This document shows positions 27,114-40,977 of a DNA stretch of 64,000 nucleotides, in pieces. This DNA comes from Octopus vulgaris (Eukaryota), in NCBI GenBank assembly GCA_951406725.2, contig OX597822.1:10912001-10976000 (forward strand), given 5' to 3'. The translations under genes were made by a program, and so were the position numbers. The notes below the pieces were generated by a model, which searched no databases, was not told where the DNA came from, and saw only the letters and a list, made by a program, of their open reading frames with translations. How positions within the stretch are numbered: position 1 is the first letter of the stretch; the number at the start of each line of letters is the position of its first letter.

Positions 27114-27623
27114 ATAGAGTGATAGACAGACGGATAAGATAGATATTTGTGTGTGTGCCTGTCTGTATATGTGTACGTGTATATGTGTGTGCATCGCGCA
27201 CGCGCATGTGTAAGGAAATTTGTAATTTACGAGTAGAAACAGTCAAATAATAAATGCACATATGTGCCGATATGTGTTGTCTCAAATATGTTCAACTAAT
27301 GATATAACAACAATTACATACGAAAATAGCACACAAACCTACATGTATGCATTCATAATTGTGTTTACTTATATGCATATGCATATACGTGTATGAGAGT
27401 GCGAAGTAGTATTTTTCTGTGTTAGTGCTTACGGCACAAACGAATATAACCGCAGTCTTGCTCTTGACAATGATTATTGTATAATCTCTCTAAAGATTAT
27501 CTACCTCTTTCACAGCGGAAGTTGCAATTTCGACCCAGCTGGAGTCCATCCGATTTCGGTGCGGTGAGATTCGGTATTTGCTTATCAAGCACTTTCACAA
27601 ATAGGTCTGTGTATATATATATG

Positions 27624-27676
<53 letters not shown>

Positions 27677-28053
27677 AGCTGAGGAGTGGGTGTGTGATCA
27701 GTAGCTTGTTTACCAACCACATGATTCCGGGTCCAGTCCCACAGCATGGCACCTTGGGCAAGTGTCTTCTACTAGAGCTTCGGGCCGACCAAAGCCTTGT
27801 GAATGGATTTGGTAGACGGAAACTGGAAGAAACCCGTCGTATATATGTATATATATACATATGTATGTGTGTATATATGTTGTGTATCTGTGTTTGTCCG
27901 CCCAACATCGCTTGACAACCGATGCTGGTGTGCTTAGGCTCCCGTAACTTAGCGTTTCGGCAAAAGTAACCGATAGAATAGGTACTAGGCTTACAAAGTC
28001 TTGGGGTCGATTTGATTCAGTCAAATGACTGAACCAAGTAAAAGAAAAAAGAA
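27677..28053 (+). mobile_element. SINE family B with an internal deletion near the tail
   Basis: Matches the other B copies. Confidence 0.85.
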
Positions 28054-28098
28054 TATATATACATACATACATACACACACGCATACACACACACACAC

Positions 28099-28140
<42 letters not shown>

Positions 28141-28143
<3 letters not shown>

Positions 28144-29660
28144 TGAGCAAGCTGGTGTGTGAAAACACGTGGTTAGATATATAAAAAAATAGAAAAGAGT
28201 AAAAAAACTACAGAAGGTTGTTTTATAAGGTTAAAGAATATATTTAAGTCGTTATGTTAGGAAAATGTTATAAAATTTTGCGTATAGTAACATAGTTTTT
28301 GGAGAAAAACCGGTTTTGTGTAAACTTTTCAATTTCTCAGAGTTCTTTACCTACATCGTGTCATGTCTTCGTTATGAAGTGCAAAGAAGAGTTCCAGGCA
28401 GGGGGAGGTAAAAAGGTATTTCTTGCGGTATAAGGGAGATAGTCACTTTATTTATTTATTTATTTATTAATGGGATGAGTTTCTCTGTGTAAGAATACCT
28501 ACTTTTTGATTCATGCCACCCAAGACACACTAAAACAAACATCCCTTTCAACCTTGCAAGAAGGATATGCACAATAGTGTCAGAACAAAATACCAGGAAC
28601 TTTAGACTACAAGAACTCAAAAACATCCTAATTGACAGACACTACCCAGTTCAACTAATAGAGGATGGGATCAGACGTGCAACAGATATAGACATAGAAA
28701 CTTTGAGAAAAGTTCAACACAACAACACACCTTCCCCGAAAATACTACCTTACATATCCACATACAACTCCAGAAACAAAGGAGCCTTCACCATCATCAC
28801 CCAGAATTTACTAATACTCAATAAGGACCCCAAATTAAAGGAAATTCTAAACACACATAAAACCATTAAAAGCTACAAACTACCTAAATCACTTAAAAAG
28901 ATTCTCACAAGGGCAAAATTGTTCTCTGAAATTACGGATGCAAAAGTAAAAAAAATGTGGTAGACCAAACTGCGCAACATGCCCAAACCTTCTAGAAGGA
29001 TCAGAATTCCTTTTCAAAGAGGGACAAAAATTCAAGGTTAGATCTAATTTCACTTGTGCTTCTGAAAACATAATTTATGTCTTAAGATGCTCGGGCTGCC
29101 ACCAAAACTACGTAGGGTCCACGGGATTGTCACTCAGACGCAGATGCACTCTGCATCGACAACAGATTGCATTCCGAGCATACAGAATGATACCATTTAG
29201 TGAGCATATTGAATAATGCGCAAAGCCACTACTACCACAATTTTTAATCTTTCCATTTTATCAATGTGCTTTGGAACACCAACACAAATTAGATTAAACA
29301 AAGAAACATTCTTCATTGAAAAATATAAGCCTGAACTTAACCATCCTAACATTCTTATACAGAGAAACTCATTCCATTAAAAAATAAATAAATAAATAAA
29401 TAAAGTGATTATCTCCATTATACCGGAAGAAATCCCTTATTACCTCCCCCTGCCTGGAACTCTTCTTTGCACTTCATAACGAAGACATGACACGATGTAG
29501 GTAAAGAACTCTAAGAAATTGAAAAGTTTACACGAAACCGGTTTTTCTCCAAAAACTACGTTACTATACACAAACTTTTATAACATTTTCCTAACATAAC
29601 GACTTAAATATATTCTTTAACCTTATAAAACAAGCCTTCTGTAGTTTTTTTACTCTTTTC

Positions 29661-29665
<5 letters not shown>
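28141..29665 (+). mobile_element. Penelope-like element (Neptune type), 5'-truncated, with inverted pseudo-LTR
   Basis: 28496-29350 encodes YLLFDSCHPRHTKTNIPFNLARRI..., (frameshift) KCGRPNCATC linker, GIY-YIG NIIYVLRCSGCHQNYVGSTG...KETFFIEKYKPELN; 28187-28496 is an inverted copy of 29351-29665; (TA)n on both flanks. Confidence 0.9.
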
Positions 29666-29713
<48 letters not shown>

Positions 29714-29742
29714 ATACAGACATACGCACAGATATATATACA

Positions 29743-30486
29743 CTAGCTGATGTACCCGGTAATTCCCGGGAAAGCAGGGCTTAGCCCTTGGTCCCGTTTT
29801 CAGAATTCCCAATAAATTATGAATACCTAAATTGTGAAGTTAGTAATAACATGAAATTATTTACCCGATAGTAAGAATTCAAATAAAGTAGCCCCGAAAA
29901 GGGCTTTATTCCCACTATATATAGAAAATAGAAGGAAACACTAATAAGGTATGTATACTAAAATCGTGAAGCATGCAACGTAATAACAGGCTAAACAGAT
30001 ATGAGATAACAATTCAATGTAAATAAATCTAAAAAGGGCTTTTGTGAGTTCCCAGAGAATATTACCCTCAGGGACGCTAGTGTTGGTATATTCGTGAATA
30101 AGTCACTAACCGAAATAAGTGGATCTATTGTTTAGGAAAATAATATTTACTTGTTTAAGGGTTGTACTGGATAAATTGCGAAAATAACTCTAAGAGTTCT
30201 AATACTAATAAATAAGCATACTCAATTTCATTTTTACCAAATAATTTAGGAAAATGAATGTGTTATTTCCCTTGGGTTTTAAAATAAAACAGAGAAGATA
30301 TATATAAGGATCTCTTCCAGGTACTCTTTTATCGACTTTTTCAACAATGTGACTATGCCATGAGGTTTCTAAAATGAGTTCTACTCACGTGTCAAGTTTC
30401 ATCAAAATCGATAAAACAATGTAGGAGGCGTTAGCTAACAACTTCACAAACACACCCACAGACAGAATTTCCCACATATAAATACA
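29743..30486 (-). mobile_element. Non-autonomous Helitron (family H2)
   Basis: On minus: 3' hairpin CCCGGGAATTACCGGG then CTAG|T; the 5' part has CGATTTTGATGAAACTTGACAC; 5' TC decayed. Confidence 0.7.
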
Positions 30487-30709
30487 TATACACACACATA
30501 TATATTATATATGCATGGGATTAAGTTTATATATATTTATAAGATTATATAGAGACATACACACACACACACACACAAATATATATACATATATAATTAC
30601 ATTTGCATGTGTTTATATATACATGTGTGTGTATGTATACGTTGAATCGCTAGCTTCTGCACGCATTTTTTTTCTCTCCTTGTTTCTCTCCGTGTTTCTT
30701 CTCTGTGTA

Positions 30710-30748
30710 TCTTTCTGTTGAAGAGTGTGGACTCTCAAACGTAAAAGA
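30710..30748 (+). ncRNA. Variant or decayed minimal hammerhead motif in a probable PLE pseudo-LTR remnant (30640-30846)
   Basis: TCTTT-CTGTTGA-AGAG-tgtgga-CTCT-CAAAC-GTA-AAAGA: stems I and II intact, two core deviations. Confidence 0.55.
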
Positions 30749-30844
30749 CTTGTTTTATTTATATTCCTGAGCGCCATACTAATACAATTGTTTGTTTGTA
30801 TTCCACCTGCCTTCGTCTTTTGTTTATTTTCACAAAGCTTCCCG

Positions 30845-30919
<75 letters not shown>

Positions 30920-31029
30920 ATGCAAGATTAGAATTTTATATTCGTTTATTCAAAACTCTGCTTAATCGAAAAATGTCTTTCCATCTGCTGGTAATTTCCA
31001 TGTGCAAGATAATCATGTAGCATTTTCGT

Positions 31030-31400
31030 ATTCATCTTCATCCATCTTCACCGACCACAATTCCTGGTGGGGTTTTGGGGTAGAGTCCTCGGGTACCTTC
31101 TCCATAAGGGTCCTACTAGAAGCATCCGTCACAAAACATTCCGGTTCGATTCCCAAGTGCAATCAACTGTGTCTCCGGATATTATCTAACATCTCATTCC
31201 TCGTCTATCTAGGCTTGACTTGAGGAATCTGTCGTGCGATTCTTTCCTGTAACAGTTTAGTCCATTTCCGTAGTACCGGAGCTGTGACTCCTCAATGAGG
31301 AGAGGTACCGGCTTGATCTGGACCGGCTCGGTTGGATTCTCTACCTCCGAACTACACACCTTGTTGAGTAACGTTACACCAGATACTCTTCGGAAAAACA
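31030..31400 (-). mobile_element. RTE-X-like LINE 3' fragment
   Basis: FFRRVSGVTLLNKVCSSEV...PLLIEESQLRYYG; 3' end with (GATGAA)-type repeats. Confidence 0.7.
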
Positions 31401-31465
31401 CTATTTAGTCATCTTGTATTTAGAGATCTACTCTCTAGATCTTTAACCAACATCCATGACCACAA

Positions 31466-31871
31466 GGCACAGGCGTGGTAATGTGGTAAGACGCTTACCT
31501 CCTAACCACATGATTCTGGGTTCAGTCCCGCTGCGTGATAACTTTGGCAAGTGTTGTCTACCGTAGCCTCGGGCCGACCAAAGCCTTGTGTGGATTTGGT
31601 AGAAAGAAACTGAAAGAAGCCTGTCGTATATACGTATATATCTACGTGAGCATCTTTGTGTCTGTGTTTGTCGCCCATCAACGCTTGACAGCCGAAGTTG
31701 GTGTATTTATGTTCCCGTAACTTAGCTGTTCGTTATTAGAGTCCGATAGAATAAGAACCAAACTTAACAAAATATTTAAGTATTGAGGCCGACTGATTCG
31801 ACTAAAACTTCCTCAAGGCGGTGTTCCAGCATGGCCACAGTCTAATGACTGAAACAATTAAAAGATAAAAG
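31466..31871 (+). mobile_element. SINE family B, older subfamily
   Basis: Head, CORE-like box and tail CAGCATGGCCACAGTCTAATGACTGAAACA. Confidence 0.85.
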
Positions 31872-32300
31872 TTGAGTATAGGCACGAAAACCAAACGGAA
31901 GGTAGCAAGTTTAGTTTTTTTGTTTTTGTTTTTATTTTTTGGTTGGGGAGTGTTCCAGCCTTTCCTCATCTGGAGGTCGCATGCTAGCGATGGCACACTA
32001 CTGCCCCAGCATCTGCAACGCTAACATCCAATTCAGCCTCCCGTGTCTCATCACTCGTTATATAAAATTTCATGGCAGTAGAAAATCGCAGTTAACTCCC
32101 TTTTAAGTCATAAGTAACATGTAATACTATAACGAAGTGCACGAATAAATCAAAAATTAAAAATATATAATTTAGAGTTCTAAAATATATATATTTAGAT
32201 TTATAAGGAATTTAAAAAGAGAAAGTAATTGTACTATCTTTGCTAAGTTTTATGCGTTTAGCTCAGAGAAAATAATTCGCATTCTAACTTATATAATAAA

Positions 32301-32806
32301 CTAGCAGTATCGCCCGGCGTTGCTCGGGTTTGTAAGGGAAATAACTATATAAGCATTTTTAGAGAGTTACTTCCCTTATAAATTCGGGCTTTCTTAGCCA
32401 TTTTTGTTTTGGTGTCTTCAAGCCATGAAGTCGTTGTTCTAAAAGAACGCTGGTTTCCTTCACAACGCATTACGACGTTGATTTCTTTACACTCCCTTCC
32501 CCACAGCTTCACGAGGGAGGGAAGGGGGAGAAGCAAACAGGTGCAGGTGTGAGCGTGGACGCCAACTCCGCCGCCATCGACACACGATGCATTTTATGCA
32601 TTAAAATGGAATAAAAAATGATGTTAAATTATTTTTAAAATCGTAGACTCATCGTTGACGCGCGCTAATAGTCAGACGGGCTCGATATGAATCACGACTA
32701 TAAGATACCCGAATTTGGTTAAACTGCACCGCAAAATGTGGGAGGAGTTAGGAATCTAAATCGAAGGGGACAGACACTCACACAACTAGAGTTTTATATA
32801 TATAGA
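32301..32806 (-). mobile_element. Non-autonomous Helitron (family H1)
   Basis: Minus: A|TCTATATAT start, CCCGAGCAACGCCGGG hairpin, CTAG|T end, no TSD; near-identical copy at 60726-61237. Confidence 0.9.
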
Positions 32807-33379
32807 TTTAATAATATTGTCGCTAATGATTACTAACAAATAACTCTGGTGGTTACAATAAAGGCGATAATGATGATGAAGCAGACGATGTCGATGATGA
32901 CGATAATGATAATGAGAAGGACGAGGGGGAAGGGATGAAGAGGTGGAGAAGGTCGAGGAGGAGAAACGAAGAGGACAAGGAGGAGGAGGATTATGGTGGC
33001 TGTGCTGATAATGGGGACGATTTTAACGATGATAATGGTAAAAACAAGAGTAGTGTTTATGTTAGTGGTGTTAGATTTTACTTTAGTATAGTTTATCTTC
33101 TAAATGTGTAATATGCGTCGGGGTGTGATCAAATTGTAATATACGACTCAGTGGTTTACACCGTCTTAGTCTTCAGAGTCAAGAAAGTTCAGTGAAATTT
33201 ATGTTGCTTAACAAATGTGCACATTCTTATGCATAAAATTATTTTCTAGTGGTGCATAAATCTCTTGTATTTGTCTTCCAACATAATAAGAAAGCGTAAG
33301 ATAGGTGCAGAGAGAGCAAATGAGATGAGTTCTGAATGCCCTACTACACAACATCAACTTCTTTGTTGCCGACCCTCTA

Positions 33380-33970
33380 CACAACTTTATTACAGACTCT
33401 TCGTTTCACAACTCAATGCACAGTCCATTTCGTTTCAAGCTGCAGACACTGCTGGTTGAGTGTTCGTTCCCATTCGCTTTTATTCACTATAAGACGTTTC
33501 CAATTATTAGGGTTAATATTAAAAAGAAAGAAAATCTTATGGTTTTCTTTTCTGATGCTTCAGAATCTCTCCTTTGTCTTGTATTGGAGACACTTACCAA
33601 TACCTCATTTACCACAAATAATTGTTTCGAAATCCTAATATCAACTAATTTCATGACCAACCCAAAGTATATGATGTTTCAAAATGCTAGCTTCGGCGTT
33701 TCTTTGTCAGATATTAATGATTTCCACCTGATGTTTAATACATAGCCGGGAGGAATAACTCTGGGATGTTGATATGTCGTCTATATGGCATCCATGTGTC
33801 ATGCGAATGTAGCTGAAGTGTAATGACATAAGCATCCTTAAGGTAAATCGTTGTAGAAAGTTTCGAGTTTGTGTCTTACAAAACTCATTTCTCAGCTGTT
33901 TCCTTACAATGTAAGCAGTCTAAATCTTCAAGTTTATCACACATTATAAGGATTCATCCCTGGAGAGAGC
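33380..33970 (-). mobile_element. Heavily decayed RTE (BovB-like) LINE ORF C-terminal fragment
   Basis: Minus-strand remnants KLETFYND, LKHHILWVGH, DIRISKQLF, GKCLQYKTKERF and WKRLIVNKSEW, in the expected order. Confidence 0.65.
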
Positions 33971-35445
33971 TTCTGGTATGTTCATTAAACCTCATCTTCT
34001 ACATCAAGCCCCGTGTCTTGAACCAGTATTTTTGGTTCTGATCACGGCTCACCAGTGGCAGGTACAAACATTTCCGTAGTTTCCTTCAAGCTTAGCGTTC
34101 AAAAGTAGTTCAAGCACTGAAAAAAGTTCCAATTTTTTTCATTTCTTGTTATATATGGGCCACAAAACCACAATTGACACAGTACAACAAATAATGAACT
34201 AGTGCCGCGAGAACTTACACATTAAGCTAGCTTAACGTGGACAATAGAGATTGGAAATTTCCACATTCGTATCTATGTCTAAAGTATAGAAAGGAAAAAC
34301 AAACAAGGAAAAATGTTTTATTTATTTATTAATATATTTTCTCCCTTTTTAGAGATGTCCCTCTTTTTGGTATTCCTTTTTGCATTCTCCCAAGCCACCC
34401 TCCCGAGCCATCTTTTATCTATAATTTGAACAGAGTAAATGTTCAATTTTCAGTTCCCCCCACCTAACATACAGATTAGATACAATGTATATTAAAATAC
34501 TTAAGTTCGTGTAATATCACAGTTCTTCAATAGTATATGTATATGTATACATATATGTGTGTGTGCGTGCATAGATGGCCATGTAGTTTAGAAATTTTAT
34601 GTACAGTCATGTGGCTTCGGTTTCGATTCCTTACGTGATAATTTGGGCAAGTATCTTCTGCTGTAGCCTCCCTTTGAACATCACCGTGTGATTAGAATAT
34701 GTTGACAAGTGTGCGAAAGCTCATTCTAAATATATGTGTACCTGCCTGTTTACACAAGCATGCACTTGCACATATACACATGCATTCACACACGCATACA
34801 ACGATTATAAATTCAAAAATTCGTATTTAATTATTACTAGTGGGCTTGGCAGAGATAATAAATATTTAGAGGACTAACACAAGTACTGAAGATTTTCAAG
34901 CAAAGAAAGTGATGAAACAACTAGATCTTAAACGAATATAGTAAGTGGAACAGTAAAAATGTGAAAGACGTGTGTAAAGTCAAAGATGTAACTCTCTTTT
35001 TTCTATTTTTTTACTTTTATTCTTCTCCAGCTTCCTGAGATGGAGATTTTTGTCTTAGAAACCAACACCTTTCAAGGAGTTAGAATTCGGATAATTAACA
35101 AAGAAATATAAAAATATGCATTCGTATATAAATGTATATATACATACATATACATGCACATACATATATACATAATAACCTATATAAATGCAAACCTATT
35201 CTCGTACACACACAAATATGTATGTCAATGAATAGACACTCACATACATACATACATACATACATACATACATACATACATAAATACGTACATACATGCA
35301 TAAATACATACATACATACATACATACGTGCGTACATACATACCCTCATGCATGGTACATATATATGCATATGGATACATGCAAACCCATACACTTAAAT
35401 ACAAACACACACACATACCAAAATAGGTAGTGCCAGATATATATG

Positions 35446-35489
<44 letters not shown>

Positions 35490-35544
35490 TACATATATAT
35501 ATATACACACATATATATATATATACATACATATATATATATAT

Positions 35545-35654
<110 letters not shown>

Positions 35655-36811
35655 GTATATATATATAGATAGGTAGATAGACGTGTGTAGTTATAAATGC
35701 ATTCAGAAATATACACAGGCATTTACTGCGCTCTCCTCTACTACTCTGGATTTTCAACGACAATCAGGCTGACGGATATATACAAATATACACGCACGTA
35801 CATACACAAATAAATATACATTCATACATACACACACCCAATTATCTAGCCTCTCACGCACACAGCTTTTCTCTCAAATACACATATATATACGGATATA
35901 GAAATAGTATGACAAGCCCATTTATTATCCAATGTGAAGTTTCCGATTCACACACATACTCACTCATACACATGGAGAGGCATAACATATAAACACATAC
36001 ACAAAACATCCATTCACGCGTCTATTTAGATGCACACTCACACACAAAGCTATACAACCCTTGTACAATCAACAGCCATGATGACACTGCTAAGTCTGCC
36101 TTTTATTGTGTTAATTACAAATCTAATTGCATTTATTCATAAGATCACACCGTGTTTCGCGCCTTAATCACTGCTTCTATACCACCTTCCTTCTCCCTCC
36201 CTCAAGGGATCAGCTACAAATTATAGTTTTCTGCTGTTACACACAACGCCGGCCAGCGCCCACCATTTTACTGATGACAACTTCATCAGCGCCTCCATTG
36301 TCGCTGCCCTCACCGATCTGTTAGTGAAATAATGAATACGGAAATAAATATATGTGTAAAAAAATACATAAATAAATAAAAGAGAAAAGAACAAAGGGAG
36401 ATAAAAAAGAACATATTTTATAAAGTTAGATAAAACTAAAAGGCAAAACAAAACACATATCATTTCTGCTTTATTTATTTGTTTATTTATTTATTTATTT
36501 ATTTATTTATTCATTCAAATTATTCTCCTTCGTTTCTTTCATTGCTTTTCCTCGTTTTCATGTAATGAATCAGTTTATGTTATGTGTTTGCTTGGCTGTT
36601 ATTGTATTTTGTTGTTCATTTTTATTTATTTATATTTTGCTTCCCATCGATACCTCATCAACCATACGATCATCTACACACACACACACACACACATCCA
36701 CGCACACAGAGAGACAGACACATATACACACAGACGCACACAGATGCACATTTAAAAACACGCCTACACAACTATCGTACATTAACGCAAAGGATAAAGC
36801 GCAAAACATGC

Positions 36812-36858
<47 letters not shown>

Positions 36859-36861
36859 GTT

Positions 36862-36903
<42 letters not shown>

Positions 36904-36908
36904 CATAC

Positions 36909-36940
<32 letters not shown>

Positions 36941-36976
36941 TCTTATTTATACATATAAATGTGTATATTTATGTAT

Positions 36977-37026
<50 letters not shown>

Positions 37027-37957
37027 ATGCACGTAAGAAGATTTAAACATAGTTACACCACTTGTAAGCCACTTGCACTTATGAAAAAAGACACAGCTAC
37101 CCCAAATGCACTCATCCATGCACACCACGTACACACACAACACTGAGTGTGAGCTTCTATCTGTGTGTATGTGTCTGATACACACACACACTCACACACA
37201 CTCACAAACAAATATATAAATATATATATATATCTGTATGCATGTATATATGCATATATATATGTGTCTGCACGTGTAGAGCTTTTGATATATGTATGTA
37301 TATGTGTCTATACATATATGAATATATATAAATATTATTATACAATGTATGTTTTATAGACGATAAATGTGCGTGAGTATACACATATATATATTTATCT
37401 ATCGTATGTGCATATATGCGCGCGCGCGTGCGTGTGTGCGTGTGTGTGTGTGTATTTGTCTACTGTGTGTGCAATGCACATCTAAGAAAACGTTTGAAAT
37501 GTTACCATAGTAATATTTAATTAGTCTCGATATTTCGGGTTAAGAACTCATTACAAATGCTTGTGGAGAAAGAGAGGGAAAGAAATAAGGGAAAGAGATG
37601 GGAAAGAAATAAGGAGAGAGAGTGAAAGAGAGACAGAAACAGAGAAAGAAGGAGAGAGAGAAGCGGACAGGCAAACAGAGACGAAGCCGGCGAACAGAAA
37701 GTAGGACTATATATTGCATGCAAATTGCCTTGCTGCGTGAGGTTTTCGAATCACCGCTTTGCTAGCCGTATGGAGCCGTAGGATGTGCGTTTCGTTCCAT
37801 CAGTGTCCGAGTATTTTTTGTGTGTGGTGGTGGGGGGGGGGCGCACAAAAATGTTTGAGCTCATAACTGTCTAAACATATGTGTGTGTGTGTGTGTGTAT
37901 GTACTTAGGTATTTGTATACATTTATATGTACGTATCAATCTATAAATTCATATATA

Positions 37958-38802
37958 CAGGTTGCTGTGAATAAATTGTCGTCTAAATTACGCAAAAATG
38001 AAAATAATACTGACATCGCATTTTAACAGATATATTTGCCAAAATTACATAAAAATATCTTGAAATAATAAACAGTAAAGTTATTTAATTAAATCGCCAT
38101 TGTCTTCAACTGCGGCCTCTAGGCGATCTCGGAATCTCCTGCAACTCTTTTGGATAGTCTCCTTGTTTAAGTTGGTGAAAGTTGCCATAGTTCTTGCCTT
38201 CAGTTCATCATTGGTGTTACAAGTTTTGTTGGTCTCTCGCTCAAATGCACTCCACACATAATAATCAAAGGGGTTGAGGTCTGGAGAGTCAGGTGGCCAG
38301 ATGTTAGGGCTGATGTGGTCGCAGAAATTGTCTGACAGCTATGACTGGGTTTTCCTGCTTGTGTGGCAAGGTGTAGAGTCCTGTTGCCAAACATAGGGTC
38401 TCCCAACATCAACACTCTTGATCCTGGGCAGCACTCCTCCTTCAGGCACTTGATGTAGGCCTCCGTGTTGAGTCTGAGACCGTGTGGGAAGATAAATGGA
38501 GGTATAACGTCGCCATCACTAGTGATCACTCCAAATACCATGACGATGACTGGATGTTTTATTTCTATCACTCTCAGTACATGTCCTCAGATTGCACAGT
38601 CCTCAGATTGACACCCAAACACTCAGTACTGCATGTCGTTTCCACATATCTAGCAGAGTGAATTGCGTCATGGTGCTGTTTTTCTCACAGACGGTGTCCA
38701 ACTGACCCTACTGTACTGTGTAGTCAACACAATCAAAACCAAACAATGCGCATGCGCGAAATTTAAAATATAAAATGCCGAAAACTTACCCATCTCACAT
38801 TG
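37958..38802 (-). mobile_element. maT/DD37D-like Tc1/mariner element, internally deleted, both ends present
   Basis: KHPVIVMVFGVITSDG...; YVWQQDSTPCHT...IWPPDSPDLNPFDYYVW; TIR-like TA-CAGGTTGCTGTGAATAAATT at 37958. Confidence 0.85.
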
Positions 38803-38834
38803 TGCGTGTGTATGTGTGTGTGTGTGTGTATGTA

Positions 38835-39126
38835 TCTCTCTATATATAAACGGCAGTTTGTCTGTGCGTGTTTCTGTGTGTCTGTTTTCTCGTACCCTCA
38901 CCCTGACCACGGCTTTCAACCGATTCTGATGAAACTTGACACACGCATAGCCCAATGTCATAATTCAAAACTAACGCAGCGAAAATTTTGAAAAGTTCCC
39001 CCAGTTCTGAAAAAAATCAATAAATTTTTTTTTCCATTTTTTTGCTATTTTTGGGCTATAACTCTCTAAAGATGCTTTATAGTTATTTCCCTTACAAACC
39101 TGAGCAACGCCGGGCGATACTGCTAG
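38835..39126 (+). mobile_element. Non-autonomous Helitron (H2-like 5' part, H1 3' end)
   Basis: A|TC start; CCTGAGCAACGCCGGGCGATACTGCTAG|T end. Confidence 0.85.
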
Positions 39127-39489
39127 TGTATATATGTATGTATGTATATATATGTATGTATGTATGTATGCGTGCGTGTGTACATGCGTTTCCTCTCCAC
39201 CATGGAATCATATGACTTAAGAAGCTTGCTATCTCTAATGAACACGGTATATAATCATGCAGTTACCTAATGTCTGCTGTGAAACCGATTGCTAAGACGA
39301 ATTGCAAAGAATCCAGAAGACAGTACACTATGATGAATATAAATGTGTATGTGTGTATGTGTGAATATAGTAAAAAATTAATTTCATTGAATAACTTTTC
39401 CCTACGTGGTGAGTTGTAGTGAAAGAATATATAATTTAAGAAGAAAAATGCACACAATATATTTTTTATGAATTTTAAATTAACGAAAA

Positions 39490-40200
39490 TTTAGTTTGTG
39501 ATAACATCTTCAGGTTGTGACCACAACTATATAGGCCAAACAAGTAAGTCACTTAGACGGAAAACTAAACTGCATAGGGAACACATCCATTTCCCAAGGT
39601 ATAGACAGATATCAGTGAGTGAACACATAGAGAGATATGCAGGGAATCTCCAAATTTCATGGTCTTCCCCATCTACCAATGCATGGAAATAATTTCTATA
39701 CAAGAGCTATTCAATAAAGAAAATATATTTTTTGAAAAATACAAGGCACGCCTGAATATGAACGCAGAATCAACTTCAGTTTTTGTAAATATTTTGATTT
39801 ATGAATGCATGAGCAGAGTACATATTTTATCTTACTACTCTAATTCATGAGTTTATATAAATTTACGCTCCCCCAAAAGTTTACCCCAACAAAAAAGTGC
39901 AATTACCTTCCCTGTCTAGAATAACAATCACCAATTACCTCCCCTTAGATTTTTTGTAGATGCTGATTCATTTACAAACAAACTCTCATACAGACAACAT
40001 GGACTAAAAAATTCTTAAGAAAATACGAAATTGCAATATTTTCACCACTTTCAATGTTATGATTAGCGGAAAACCTTCAAACACAATTCATATAAATTAA
40101 ATTAGTGTTCAAATACACTCATCACTGTACCCACACAGGCGAATCCACCACTATATAAACTGCAAACACATTATCCAGGCAAAAGACATGAAAAACTAAA
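39490..40200 (+). mobile_element. Decayed PLE 3' fragment (GIY-YIG plus pseudo-LTR)
   Basis: VITSSGCDHNYIGQTSKSLRRKTKLHREHI...FPIYQC...KENIFFEKYKARLN, homologous to 29070-29340; ends at (TA)n. Confidence 0.8.
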
Positions 40201-40222
40201 CCTGAGATAAATAGTCAGAATT

Positions 40223-40275
<53 letters not shown>

Positions 40276-40977
40276 TGTATGTATGAATGTATATATTGAT
40301 AGAAATGTTATGATAACAAAAGAATGAAAGAGACCGCGATAGTATGCAAATAGAGGAATGTATAAAAAAAATACTATGAAAATGCATTTTCATAGCATTT
40401 TTTCGATGGCCGGATAACTGCGTGGGATTCCGCACACATCCGAAACTCGGAGTTTTACCATAGCTATCGAATAATTGTCATATGTATGTATGTATATATA
40501 TATATATATATCATTATTTTTTTAAATAAAATTTGTAGTGCAATTTCAATAAATGGATTTATAGAATCTTGTGGCAATCGTAAAACTGGACTCGGCAACA
40601 TACTGCATTGTACGCCAATATGGAAAGGTAGAATCTTGTGCAGCTAAAATCCAGTTGAACCATTTTGTAAAATTAGTTCATGCGAATTATAGAGACCATA
40701 AAATATCAGAAAGTATAGCAGATGACTATATTTACTTCACCAGTTCATATCCGAAGGATGACAGCTGTTTCGCCGCCTTCATTGCGTTATTAGTAATTTT
40801 AGTGTAAATTAATTATTTTACATGTCTGCACCAATACGCATGTTACACATCACACTGGTCTATTACACATTTGCAAATCAATGCAGCTATAGAAGGCTAG
40901 CTCTTCAGGACAAGAAAACAGCACGGCTACATCAAATTTTCAGCTCACCTTATTTACATATATATATATATATATAT

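Noticed and set aside
35035-35065. CTGAGATG-stem-GAAAC hammerhead-like motif
   Set aside because: No stem III, cleavage triplet or stem I follows.
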